A stretch of DNA of 64,000 nucleotides, taken from contig CAVVJT010000007.1 of assembly GCA_963748625.1 (NCBI GenBank), positions 352,001-416,000 of the forward strand, in the 5' to 3' direction. Positions 1-8,878 of the stretch are shown here, piece by piece. The notes beneath the pieces are model-generated. The model was not told where the DNA came from. It searched no databases and worked only from the letters and a program-made list of their open reading frames with translations. The translations under genes and the position numbers were made by a program. The DNA is from an uncultured Chloroflexia bacterium. Lineage in GTDB: Bacteria > Chloroflexota > Limnocylindria > Limnocylindrales > CSP1-4. Position 1 is the first letter of the stretch. Each line of letters begins with the position of its first letter.

Positions 1-625
1 GGACCGCGCGCCAGGCCATGGCCGCGCGCACCGGCTCGCTCTCGAACGACTCGGACACGAAGTCCGCAGCCGCCATCGCAAGCACGCGCAGGATCGCCCG
101 GCCATCGTCCTTGCCGAGGCCGCGGAACGCGCGACCCAGCCGCAGGCCCAGGAGCGCGTCGCCAAAGCCCGGACCGGCGATGTCCGGCGGGATCTCGTCG
201 CCGAGATCCGCGAGGAAGCGGGACAGGGACCGCACGCGGCGGTCGTACTCGACCAGCGAGGCGGCGTCGTTCTCGGAGAAGACCCGCATCGCCTCGACGC
301 TGCTGGCGAGGTCCGAGTAGAGCGTGACCGCGCGGCCGTCGGGCTGCGGCGCGAACAGCCGGACCTCCGGCGCCACGAGCGAGAGGCCGTACTTGGCCAG
401 CTCCAGCTCGCGGACCACGGACGGCTTGAGCCGCCCGACCGTGTGCGCCAGCGTGGGAACCCGGACCCCGCCCAGCTCCTCCGTGACCGCGGCGCCGCCG
501 ACGATCGGACGCGCCTCGAGCACGAGCACCCGCAGGCCCGAGCGGGCGATGTAGGCGGCGGCGGTCAGACCGTTGTGGCCGGCCCCGACGACGATCGCGT
601 CGTACTGGTTCATCAGCGTCGTCAT
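1..625 (-). CDS. Phytoene dehydrogenase-like NAD(P)/FAD oxidoreductase, N-terminal part (runs off the window edge)
   Basis: Manual translation MTTLMNQYDAIVVGAGHNGLTAAAYIARSGLRVLVLEARPIVGGAAVTEE has a Rossmann GxGxxG motif and is paralogous to 628..2256. Starts 2 nt after the upstream stop. Not in the ORF track because it is truncated. Confidence 0.85.
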   Translation of the reverse strand, partial: MTTLMNQYDAIVVGAGHNGLTAAAYIARSGLRVLVLEARPIVGGAAVTEELGGVRVPTLAHTVGRLKPSVVRELELAKYGLSLVAPEVRLFAPQPDGRAVTLYSDLASSVEAMRVFSENDAASLVEYDRRVRSLSRFLADLGDEIPPDIAGPGFGDALLGLRLGRAFRGLGKDDGRAILRVLAMAAADFVSESFESEPVRAAMAWRAV

Positions 626-627
626 CG

Positions 628-2256
628 TCAGGCCACCTTCCGGCCGCGGGACTTGAGGACCTCGAGCGCGGCGAGGCGCCCGTTGGCGCCCATCAGGCCA
701 CCGCCGGGGTGGGTGGACGAGCCCGAGAGCCACAGGCCCTGGATTGGGGTCTTGAAGCGGGCCCAGCCCGGGACCGGCCGGTTGAAGAACAGCTGCTCGA
801 GGCTGAGCTCGCCCTGGAAGATGTTGCCCTCGGTCAGGCCCATCGTCCGCTCGATGTCGAGCGGGGTCAGGACCTGGCGGCCGATGATGATGTCGCGGAT
901 GTTCGGCGCGAACTCGCTGATGCGGTTGATGACCGCGTCCCCGAACTTGTCCCGGTTGCCGTTGTCATCCCAGGTGCCCAGCTCTGGCGCCAGCTTGTAC
1001 GGCGCGTACTGGACGAAGCACGAGATCACGTGCTTGCCTGGTGGTGCCATCTGGGGATCGACCAGCGTCGGGATGATCATGTCGATGTACGGCTTCTCGC
1101 TCCAGCGGCCGTACTTGGCATCGTCGTACGCCTGCTCCATCTCCACCGTCGACGGCGAGTAGGAGATCGCGCCGCGCAGGTGCTCGCCCACGCCCGAGAT
1201 GGACGTGAACTCGGGCAGCCGGTCCACCGCGAGGTTGACCTTGCCGGAGCTGCCGCGGAACTTGAAGCGTCGGATACCCGCCTCGAACTCCGGGTCGAGC
1301 GTGTTGGGCTCGAGCAGGTCGAGGAAGGTCACCTTCGCGTCGGCGGAGCTCAGCACCACCGAGGCCTCGATCTCCTCGCCGGACTCCAGCGCGACGCCCG
1401 TGGCCTTGCCGTTCTTGACGATGATCCGGGCGACCGGAGCCTCGGTGCGGATCTCGGCGCCGAGGGCCTGGGCGGCCCGCGCGATCGAGTACGACACGCC
1501 ACCGGTGCCGCCCTTCGGGATGCCCCACGCGCGGAAGGCGCCGTCGATCTCGCCCATGTAGTGGTGCAGGAGGACGTACGCCGTGCCGGGCGAGTTGATG
1601 CCCTGGTACGTGCCGATGATCCCAGAGGCGGACATCGTTGCCTTGAGCGGGTCGGTCTCGAACCACTGGTCGAGGAAGTCCTTGGCCGACATCGTCATCA
1701 GCTGGACGAAGACCGCCTGCTGGCGCTCCGGCAGCTGGCTGAAGCGCTTCATGAGCGATGCCAGGGGCATCAGCGGCCGCGGGTCATTGTCGGTGGGGTC
1801 CGCCGGCACGATCCCGAGGATCGGCTTGATGAAGCGGGCCATCTCCACCATGAGCTGGCCGTATTCCTCGTACGCCTCGGCGTCGCTCTTGGACCAGCGG
1901 CGCAGCTCGCGGATGGTGCGGCCGTGGTCGTTGACACGCCACAGGTAGTCGCCGCCGCCGGCTTTCGGTCCTTCGCCGGGGCGGAGCGGGGTGAACGTGC
2001 CGTCGAGCGGAAGGATGTCCAGGCCGAACTTGGGCAGGTTCAGCTCGCGGATGACCTCGGGCCGCAGCAGCGAGACCACGTAGCTCGCGACCGAGAACTT
2101 GAACCCCGGGATGATCTCCTCGGTGACGGCGGCGCCGCCGAGGACGTACCGGCGCTCCAGCACCAGCGTCTTGAGCCCGGCACGCGCCAGGTACGCGGCG
2201 GAGATGAGCCCGTTGTGGCCTCCACCGATGATCACCGCGTCGTAGCGCTGCGGCAC
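628..2256 (-). CDS. Phytoene dehydrogenase-like (PYROXD2/COG1233) FAD oxidoreductase
   Basis: YDAVIIGGGHNGL...LERRYVLGGAAVTEE at the N-terminus; C-terminal GNIFQGEL and GLWLSGSSTHPGGG motifs. Confidence 0.9.
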   Translation of the reverse strand: MPQRYDAVIIGGGHNGLISAAYLARAGLKTLVLERRYVLGGAAVTEEIIPGFKFSVASYVVSLLRPEVIRELNLPKFGLDILPLDGTFTPLRPGEGPKAGGGDYLWRVNDHGRTIRELRRWSKSDAEAYEEYGQLMVEMARFIKPILGIVPADPTDNDPRPLMPLASLMKRFSQLPERQQAVFVQLMTMSAKDFLDQWFETDPLKATMSASGIIGTYQGINSPGTAYVLLHHYMGEIDGAFRAWGIPKGGTGGVSYSIARAAQALGAEIRTEAPVARIIVKNGKATGVALESGEEIEASVVLSSADAKVTFLDLLEPNTLDPEFEAGIRRFKFRGSSGKVNLAVDRLPEFTSISGVGEHLRGAISYSPSTVEMEQAYDDAKYGRWSEKPYIDMIIPTLVDPQMAPPGKHVISCFVQYAPYKLAPELGTWDDNGNRDKFGDAVINRISEFAPNIRDIIIGRQVLTPLDIERTMGLTEGNIFQGELSLEQLFFNRPVPGWARFKTPIQGLWLSGSSTHPGGGLMGANGRLAALEVLKSRGRKVA

Positions 2257-2438
2257 GCGACCCTCCTGGTTGACCCGCGAGCGGGGGCATCGCGCGCGAG
2301 CGCCCGCTGCTATTCACCCTGCATAGCGTTGATGCAGTCTAGCCGACGCCACCGGCGCGGGGGCCGCCGGGGTTGCGCGTCCGGCAGGTGCGCGCGGCGC
2401 CGGGTTGCGCGCCCCGTCGTGTGCGCTAGCGTGGCCGC

Positions 2439-2936
2439 ATGCGCACGCTGCAGCGGCCGGACGACCGCAACCCTGCCAGCGCTCCGGCGGACCGGCTGGC
2501 CGCGCTCGAGGCCGCTCTGTCCCGTCTCGCGGATGCCGCTCGGGCCCTTCCGGACGTCGACATCCCGGCCACGGGAACGTGGTCCGCTCGGATGGTGCTC
2601 GCGCACGTGGTGTTCTGGCACGAGAGCTTCGCGCGCAACGTGGCCGACATCGCGGCCGGGCGGCGACCGACGCCCCTGCGCGGCACCTATGCAGTCCTGG
2701 CCGGGCGGGCACGGGCGGAGCTGGGCGACCTGGACGTTCCCGAGCTCCTGGAGAGGGTGGCGGCCGCGCAGGCGGTGATCCGCCGGCACATCGGGGAGCC
2801 GGGCATCGACCTGATCCCCTACCGGCAGGGCTCCCGGCCGTACACGCCGGCCGAGCATCTTCGCGTGACGGCCGACCACGTCCGGCAGCATGCGGCAGAG
2901 CTGGAACGCGCCTACCCGGGGCCGGCGAGCGGGTGA
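2439..2936 (+). CDS. DinB/DfsB-like four-helix-bundle protein
   Basis: WSARMVLAHVVFW and late H-x3-H (DHVRQH) pattern; TAGCGT lies 6 nt before the ATG. Confidence 0.65.
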   Translation: MRTLQRPDDRNPASAPADRLAALEAALSRLADAARALPDVDIPATGTWSARMVLAHVVFWHESFARNVADIAAGRRPTPLRGTYAVLAGRARAELGDLDVPELLERVAAAQAVIRRHIGEPGIDLIPYRQGSRPYTPAEHLRVTADHVRQHAAELERAYPGPASG

Positions 2937-2939
2937 CCC

Positions 2940-3025
2940 GCAGGCGGCCGGATCGCAGGCGGCCGGATCGCAGGCGGCCGGATCGCAGGCGGCCGGATCG
3001 CAGTCGGCCGGATCGCAGTCGGCCG
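2940..3025. repeat. Intergenic 15-bp tandem repeat (GCAGGCGGCCGGATC, about 5.7 copies)
   Basis: Four exact copies, then two GCAGTCGG variants (last one partial); no spacers. Confidence 0.9.
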
Positions 3026-3080
3026 CCGCAGCGCCGCGTCGAGGTCGGCCTGGCGGCCCGCCGCGGCCATCGTGGCAGCA

Positions 3081-3130
3081 GATGTGTGTACGTCCGTGTG
3101 CTAGCATGTGTGCATCGCTCAGCACACATC
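3081..3130 (+). promoter_or_regulatory. Probable TA promoter/operator with inverted GATGTGTG...CACACATC repeats
   Basis: GATGTGTG at 3081, ATGTGTGC at 3106 and GCACACATC at 3122-3130 surround a TAGCAT -10-like hexamer directly upstream of an RHH antitoxin. Confidence 0.55.
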
Positions 3131-3140
3131 GGAGCACACC

Positions 3141-3434
3141 ATGAGCCTGGTCCGCACGAACATCACCATCCCCAAGGACGTCATGGACATGCTCGATGAG
3201 GTTGCAGGCCCCCGGGGGCGGTCTGCCTACATCAGCGAGCTCGTCGCCCGCGAGGTCAAGCGCCAACGGTCTCTCAAGATCATCCGGGAGACCGCGGGCG
3301 CACTGGAGGGCAACTCGGCCTGGGGCGCCACGCCGGAGGAGCGTGACGCGAACCTGCGCGAGGTCCGCGACAGCTGGGACCGCGACGACCGCATCTGGCC
3401 GACGCAGGAGGCAGCGGATGCCGTATCTGCTTGA
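3141..3434 (+). CDS. Ribbon-helix-helix antitoxin (VapB-like)
   Basis: GGAG RBS; VRTNITIPKDVMDMLDEVAGPRGRSAYISELVAREV RHH pattern; overlaps the downstream PIN gene. Confidence 0.8.
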   Translation: MSLVRTNITIPKDVMDMLDEVAGPRGRSAYISELVAREVKRQRSLKIIRETAGALEGNSAWGATPEERDANLREVRDSWDRDDRIWPTQEAADAVSA

Positions 3435-3810
3435 CACGACGGTCATCGCCGATCACGTGGACGGGATCCACGGTGCGCCCGGGGTACTCGAGCGGTTGTT
3501 CGCAGAGACTGGCGACATCTACATCTGTGATGCGACCGTCGCCGAGGTGATGTCAAAGGGGTCGGAGATGCAGCTTTCGCAGGCGGATCGGCTGCTCGGG
3601 GCGTTCGAGTACGTCTCGACGAGCCCGAAGGCTGCGCGGCGCGCAGGAGCCCTGAGGCGCGCGCGAGGACAGACGTCACACCGGCGGCTGGGAGATTCAC
3701 TGATCGCCGCAGTGGCCTGGTCACTGGACGCCACCGTGGTCACGCGCAATCCGAAGGACTTCGAGGGCTACGGAGTCCAAGTCCTGGCCTACGGTCAGAC
3801 GTCCGGCTGA
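3418..3810 (+). CDS. vapC: PIN-domain toxin (VapC family)
   Basis: YLLDTT, TVAEV, DSLIAA and VVTRNPKDF acidic PIN motifs; 130 aa. Confidence 0.88.
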   Translation: MPYLLDTTVIADHVDGIHGAPGVLERLFAETGDIYICDATVAEVMSKGSEMQLSQADRLLGAFEYVSTSPKAARRAGALRRARGQTSHRRLGDSLIAAVAWSLDATVVTRNPKDFEGYGVQVLAYGQTSG

Positions 3811-3822
3811 GGAGGCGCCGGG

Positions 3823-6777
3823 CTACCAGCCCTCGGCCAGCGTCCGGTCCAGCGCGTCCACCACCACGTCGGCGCTCTCCCGGGTGATGCACAGCGGCGG
3901 CTTCACCTTGAGCACGTTGTTGCCGTCGCCGGTGGGCTGGATCACCACGCCCAGCTCCAGCATCCGCTCGCAGATCGCGATGGCCTCCTCGGTCGCGGGC
4001 TCCAGGGTCTCCGGATCACGGACCAGCTCAACGCCCAGGTAGAGGCCCATCCCGTGCACGGCGCCCACGATCTCGGGGTGCCGGGCGGCGACCACCGAGA
4101 GACCAGCCTTCAGGTGCCCGCCGACGACCCGCGCGTTCTCCTGCAGCCGCTCCCGATCCATCGTCTCGAGCACCGTGATGCCGGCGGCGCAGCCCACGGG
4201 TGAACCGCCCACCGACGAGAAGAACGAGCCCTCCGCGGCGAACGCGTCGGCGATCGCGCGCGTCGTGACAACGGCGCCCACGGCCATCCCGTTGCCGGCG
4301 GCCTTGGCGACCGACACGATGTCCGGGACGACACCCTGCTGCTCGAATGCCCACTGGTACGCACCCAGCCTGCCGTACCCGGTCTGGACCTCGTCGGCGA
4401 TGGAAACGCCGCCGGCCGCACGCACGTCGCGGTAGACCTGGGCGAGGTAGCCGTCGGGAAGGACGATGCCGCCCGCGTTGCCGAACAGCGGTTCCGCGAT
4501 GAAGGCGGCGGGCGCCCTCCCCTCCGCGGCCAGGCCGGCCAGCGACGCGCGAACGTCATCCGCGTACCGGTCGCCTGCGTCGGGGCCGCGGAACGCGCCT
4601 CGGTAGGTGTTCGGTGCTTCGACAAGGCGTACCCAGCCCGGCCTGGTCCCGATCGCGCGCGGATTGTCGAGGTGCGACGTCGTGATCGCGTCGGTCGCGC
4701 CGGTCCAGCCGTGGTACGCGCCACGGACGGCGAGCACATCGTCGTTGCCCGTCGCGCAGCGCGCCAGGCGCAGGGCCAGCTCATTCGCCTCGGAGCCGGT
4801 GTTGACGAGGAAGACGGTGTCGAGCGGGTCAGGGAAGCGGGCCGCGAGCGCCTCGGCGAACTCCACCATGACGCCGTAGAGGAACCTGGAGTTCGTGTTC
4901 AGGCGGGCAAGCTGGTGCAGGACCGCCCGCTCGACGGCCGGGTGGCTGTGGCCCAGGACCGCCACGTTGTTGACGACGTCGATCCGGGCTCGGCCACGCG
5001 TGTCCACGAGGTGCTGCCGCCAGCCACGTTCGATGCGGGGAGGTGTCGCGTAGTAGTGCTCCTGGGTGGCCGCCAGCACGTGGCCGCGCCGTTCGAGGAG
5101 GGCGGCCGCATCGTCGGGCGGGGCGACCGCAAGCCCGGCGGGCAGGCCCAGCAGCGCCGACGGGTCAGGGCAGAGCTGCAGCCACGCGTCCGCGAGCGAT
5201 GGCACGGCCCGTCGGGGCGCGTCAAGTCCCGGCAGCGCCACGAGTTGGACGTGCAGGAGCGACGGCCGGTTCAGCGGGCCGTGCGGGTCCACGTCCCCCA
5301 CGATGTCGCCCGCCTGAACGGCCGTACCGGCGTCCACCGTCAGCACGACGCCGTCCAGCCGCACGTCGAAGTCGGGCGTTCCCAGGACGAGGCCCGCGGG
5401 CGTGGGCCGGACGACCCCCGCGACCGGGGCGCGGACCGCGAGCCCGGCCGGCAGGTAGAGATCCACGCCCAGGTGGACCGTGGCCGCCTCGATGGTCGCG
5501 TCGAGCTCCACGTCGGTGAGGCGCGCCTCGCCCCAGCGGCCCACAGGCATCAGCCCGTCATCCCGGATCCCTGTGACCAGCTCGCCGATCCGCTCCGGAT
5601 CGCCCGTCGCGCGCCCGGGCAGGGCGTCGGACGTGGTGGACAGGTCGAGCGCCTTGAGCAGGCGCGGATCCAGCACGACCGGGGACACGGCGCCTGCGGG
5701 CACGCTGAACCGGCGTGCCGGACCCAGCCCCGCCGCCTCGCGCAGCACGGCCTCCGCAAGCGGATACGGCATGGCCGCCACCGCCTCGAATGCGGCCCAC
5801 TCCTCATCCCGGACGGCGAGGACGTAGGTGTTGTCGGGCTCCAGTGCCGCTTGCTGGTCGCCACTCACGGCGACGGACGCTGCCCGGGCGACCACCATGG
5901 GCCAGATCGCGGCAATCTCCGCGTCCACGAGCGGCAGCAGGTCCATGAACCCCCTGGAGATCTCGCGCGCGAGCTGGAGCGGCTCCTCCAACGCGTGGAA
6001 GCTGTCGGCAGCGATCGTCACCGCGAGGTCCGACGCGATCCACGTCCGCGACAGGTCCCCGAAGTCGATGAGGCCGGTGGGCATCGGCCGTCCGGCGCGA
6101 TCCCGACGCGTGACCGTGTTGACGTCCGTCACGTCCGCGTGGATCGCACGAATGCGGAGGTCGGGTGCCAGCCGCTCCAGGGCGACCGCCGCGTCGGCCG
6201 TGGCCCGCTCGGCGAGCGCCCGGCGGGCCGGGGTGGAGCTGAACCGCGCCAGCGCGTCCACCACGTGGGCCGCGAACCGCAGGTCCCACTGGAGCTCCCG
6301 ATCCAGCGCCGGGTGGTCCCAGTCCTCGAGCGCCAGCGACATGCGGGCCGCCATCGCGCCATGCAGGCGGAGGACCGAGGGCGCCAGGTAGCCGGCGCCG
6401 TCCATCGGCTCACCGTCGAGATAGGTGACCAGCCGCACGTCGTGGCGGTCCCCGGCCAGCGTGCTCACGCTCGCGACCAGCGCCCCATCGAGCGCCGCCT
6501 GCGGCACGGGCACCTCGAACGGCAGGTCTGCGGCGGCCGCGCGCAGCATCGCCTCGTTCTCCGCCTCGAGCTCGGAGCGCGTGATCCCCTGGCGGGCCAC
6601 CTTCAGCACGAACCGCTCCCCCTCCGGGGTGTCCACCCGGAAGTTGCGGTCCTGGTGGGATCCCAGCTCGCGCAGGAGCCCGGTACGCCCGAAGGTGTGC
6701 TCGAGGAGGACGAGCGCCTCGTCGGCCTCGACGGCGGGCCGGCGGTGCTCATGACCGAGGAACGGGTTGTCCGACAT
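3823..6777 (-). CDS. Fusion of APH-type kinase, M23-like domain and class-III PLP enzyme (hydroxylysine kinase/phospho-lyase-like)
   Basis: Kinase motifs IHADVTDVN and LIDFGD; HLGVDL...APVAG M23-like segment; IADEVQTGYGRLG and PDIVSVAKAAGNG (PLP lysine). Confidence 0.8.
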   Translation of the reverse strand: MSDNPFLGHEHRRPAVEADEALVLLEHTFGRTGLLRELGSHQDRNFRVDTPEGERFVLKVARQGITRSELEAENEAMLRAAAADLPFEVPVPQAALDGALVASVSTLAGDRHDVRLVTYLDGEPMDGAGYLAPSVLRLHGAMAARMSLALEDWDHPALDRELQWDLRFAAHVVDALARFSSTPARRALAERATADAAVALERLAPDLRIRAIHADVTDVNTVTRRDRAGRPMPTGLIDFGDLSRTWIASDLAVTIAADSFHALEEPLQLAREISRGFMDLLPLVDAEIAAIWPMVVARAASVAVSGDQQAALEPDNTYVLAVRDEEWAAFEAVAAMPYPLAEAVLREAAGLGPARRFSVPAGAVSPVVLDPRLLKALDLSTTSDALPGRATGDPERIGELVTGIRDDGLMPVGRWGEARLTDVELDATIEAATVHLGVDLYLPAGLAVRAPVAGVVRPTPAGLVLGTPDFDVRLDGVVLTVDAGTAVQAGDIVGDVDPHGPLNRPSLLHVQLVALPGLDAPRRAVPSLADAWLQLCPDPSALLGLPAGLAVAPPDDAAALLERRGHVLAATQEHYYATPPRIERGWRQHLVDTRGRARIDVVNNVAVLGHSHPAVERAVLHQLARLNTNSRFLYGVMVEFAEALAARFPDPLDTVFLVNTGSEANELALRLARCATGNDDVLAVRGAYHGWTGATDAITTSHLDNPRAIGTRPGWVRLVEAPNTYRGAFRGPDAGDRYADDVRASLAGLAAEGRAPAAFIAEPLFGNAGGIVLPDGYLAQVYRDVRAAGGVSIADEVQTGYGRLGAYQWAFEQQGVVPDIVSVAKAAGNGMAVGAVVTTRAIADAFAAEGSFFSSVGGSPVGCAAGITVLETMDRERLQENARVVGGHLKAGLSVVAARHPEIVGAVHGMGLYLGVELVRDPETLEPATEEAIAICERMLELGVVIQPTGDGNNVLKVKPPLCITRESADVVVDALDRTLAEGW

Positions 6778-6860
6778 GGACGCATCGTCGCAGATCGCGG
6801 CCCGATCACACACGGCCAATCGACGGCCAATCTTGACAAGAGTGGCCGGCGACCCCGACC

Positions 6861-6889
6861 TTGCTGTAGGTTCGCCACATCGTCATACT
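6861..6889 (+). promoter_or_regulatory. Putative sigma70 promoter of the AbrB/PIN TA pair
   Basis: TTGCTG-N17-CATACT in an AT-richer patch with CTGTAG/CTACAG inverted and TCATAC direct repeats. Confidence 0.45.
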
Positions 6890-6921
6890 TACTCTACAGT
6901 TTCATACCGTGGCGGTGACAT

Positions 6922-7212
6922 ATGTCGAATGTTGTGGGCGAGCGGTACCAGATCACGATCGAGAAACGAGTACGGGAGCAGCTCGGGATCAAGCCCGGGG
7001 ACCGCGCCGTGGAGCGCGTGGAGGACGGGCGGCTCGTTATCGAGTTCCTCCCGGCTCCCCACCGGGATTCGATGCTGGGGATCTTCCATCGCCCCGGCAT
7101 GGAGCCGATCACGGACTGGCAGGCGGTGAAGGATCGAGCGTGGGCTGCCCGGACCGAGGAGATCATGGAGGTGCTCCGCGAGGACAGCCGGCGCCACCGG
7201 GGCGAGGAATGA
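6922..7212 (+). CDS. AbrB/MazE/SpoVT-family antitoxin
   Basis: VGERYQITIEKRVREQLGIKPGDR swapped-hairpin signature; ATGA overlap with the PIN gene. Confidence 0.88.
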   Translation: MSNVVGERYQITIEKRVREQLGIKPGDRAVERVEDGRLVIEFLPAPHRDSMLGIFHRPGMEPITDWQAVKDRAWAARTEEIMEVLREDSRRHRGEE

Positions 7213-7616
7213 CCGCCCAGCGTGTCTTCTGCGACACGAGTGTCCTCGTGCGGTACTTCGCTGAGGACGACCCCCCGCGGGCGTTCGCTGCGGCCGGGCT
7301 CATCGAGAGCGACGCCACCCTCGTGATCTCGACCGGCTCGCTGGTCGAGCTGGTGCATGTGCTGCGCACCCAACATCGGATCGAGAACCCGGAACTCGGC
7401 GAGGGCCTGATCCGCTTCCTCGCCCGTGACAATGTGGACCTCGTCGACGCCGACGAGGGGACGACGGTCGCCGCGATCCGGTGGGCCCTCCGGGCGTCAG
7501 CCCGGCGCATTCCAGATGCGATCCTGGCGGCCGCAGCGGAGTACGCCCGGTGCGACTGGATCGCCACGTTCGACGAGCGCATGGCGTCGCCGACGGTGCC
7601 GGTCAGGACGGTCTGA
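7209..7616 (+). CDS. vapC: PIN-domain toxin (VapC family)
   Basis: FCDTSVLVRY, LVELVHVL, DAILAA and IATFD motifs. Confidence 0.85.
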   Translation: MTAQRVFCDTSVLVRYFAEDDPPRAFAAAGLIESDATLVISTGSLVELVHVLRTQHRIENPELGEGLIRFLARDNVDLVDADEGTTVAAIRWALRASARRIPDAILAAAAEYARCDWIATFDERMASPTVPVRTV

Positions 7617-7687
7617 GCGTGGGACCCGGCATCCAGCCTGCATAGTCCTCATGCATACTCTCGGGGACATCAGTCCAGGAGGTCCTC

Positions 7688-8878
7688 GTGAGCGTCGGCA
7701 CCCCGTTCCATCCGCGCGCCGCGGCCATGAATCGCAAGATGCAGTGGCGCGAGTGGGCGGGCTATTTCGCGTCCTCGGTCTACGCCGACTTCCACGACAT
7801 CGAGTACAACGCGATCCGCGAGGCGGCCGCCGTCATCGACGTCAGCCCGCTGTACAAGTACCGGGTCACCGGGCCGGACGCGCTCGCGCTCACCGACCGC
7901 GTGATCACCCGCGACGCGACGAGGATGCAGGTCGGCCAGGTGGTCTACACCCCCTGGTGCGACGAGCACGGCAAGGTCATCGACGACGGCACGGTGCATC
8001 GCGTCTCCGAGACGGAGATCCGCTGGACCGCCGCGGACCCGCAGTACCGCTGGCTGACCATGAACGCGGCAGGTCTCGACGTGCAGGTCGAGGACGTCAC
8101 CGAGGCGCTTGGCGCGCTCGCGCTGCAGGGACCCTACAGCCGCGCCGTGCTGGAGGCCGCGACCGGGGAGAGCTTCGCGGACCTCAAGTACTTCCGCCGC
8201 CGCGCCAGCTCGATCGGCGGCGTGGCCATCGACGTGTCGCGGACCGGCTACACCGGCGACCTGGGCTACGAGCTGTGGGTGCCGGCTGAGGCCGCCCCAG
8301 ACGTCTGGGATGCGATCTTCGCCGCCGGACAGGCCTACGCCATCCGCCCGGCCGGCATGCACGCGCTCGACGTCGTCCGGCTCGAGGCCGGGATGATCAT
8401 GCTCGACGTGGACTACACCTCCGCGCGCCATGCGATGAACCCGGAGCAGAGCTACAGCCCCTACGAGCTCGGCCTGGGCAGGCTCGTGTCCTTCGACAAG
8501 GGCGACTACGTGGGCAGACGCGCGCTCGCCGCCGAGGTCGCGTCCGGCGGCCCGGCCCGCCGCCTCGTCGGCCTCCAGCTCGACTGGTACGACATTGAGG
8601 GGCTCTACGACGCCCAGGGTCTGCCACCCGGCATCTCGCCGTACGTCGACCGCTCGCCGGTCCCGGTCTTCGCCGACGGCAGGCAGGTGGGCAAGTCCAC
8701 CTCGCACGGCTGGAGCCCGATCCTGAAGCAGGCGCTGGCGCTCGCGCTCGTGGCGCCGCGGTACGAGAAGGTCGGCTCCCGGCTGCAGGTGGAGTGGACC
8801 GTCGAGGGCCGCCGCGGCAGGGTCAACGCGACGGTCGTGGAGCTTCCGTTCCTCGATCTCGATCGCAAGCGCGCATGA
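7688..8878 (+). CDS. GcvT-like folate-binding aminomethyltransferase family protein (DmdA/LigM-like)
   Basis: EYNAIREAAAVIDVSPL, GKVIDDG, ALQGP, SRTGYTGDLGYELW, RLEAG; no gcvH/gcvP nearby. Confidence 0.85.
   Translation: MSVGTPFHPRAAAMNRKMQWREWAGYFASSVYADFHDIEYNAIREAAAVIDVSPLYKYRVTGPDALALTDRVITRDATRMQVGQVVYTPWCDEHGKVIDDGTVHRVSETEIRWTAADPQYRWLTMNAAGLDVQVEDVTEALGALALQGPYSRAVLEAATGESFADLKYFRRRASSIGGVAIDVSRTGYTGDLGYELWVPAEAAPDVWDAIFAAGQAYAIRPAGMHALDVVRLEAGMIMLDVDYTSARHAMNPEQSYSPYELGLGRLVSFDKGDYVGRRALAAEVASGGPARRLVGLQLDWYDIEGLYDAQGLPPGISPYVDRSPVPVFADGRQVGKSTSHGWSPILKQALALALVAPRYEKVGSRLQVEWTVEGRRGRVNATVVELPFLDLDRKRA

Noticed and set aside
628-2256. Carotenoid or hopanoid pathway (crtI-like genes plus squalene-oxidase-repeat protein)
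   Set aside because: No crtB/crtE or shc context; the repeat protein is secreted, lacks a DXDD cyclase motif and is under a B12 riboswitch.
2940-3025. Possible CRISPR array (also 12795-12873 and 30635-30896)
   Set aside because: Head-to-tail repeats with no unique spacers and no cas genes; two of the three are coding.
3000-7650. Mobile element or genomic island around the TA pairs
   Set aside because: No integrase, transposase, terminal repeats or tRNA target visible.
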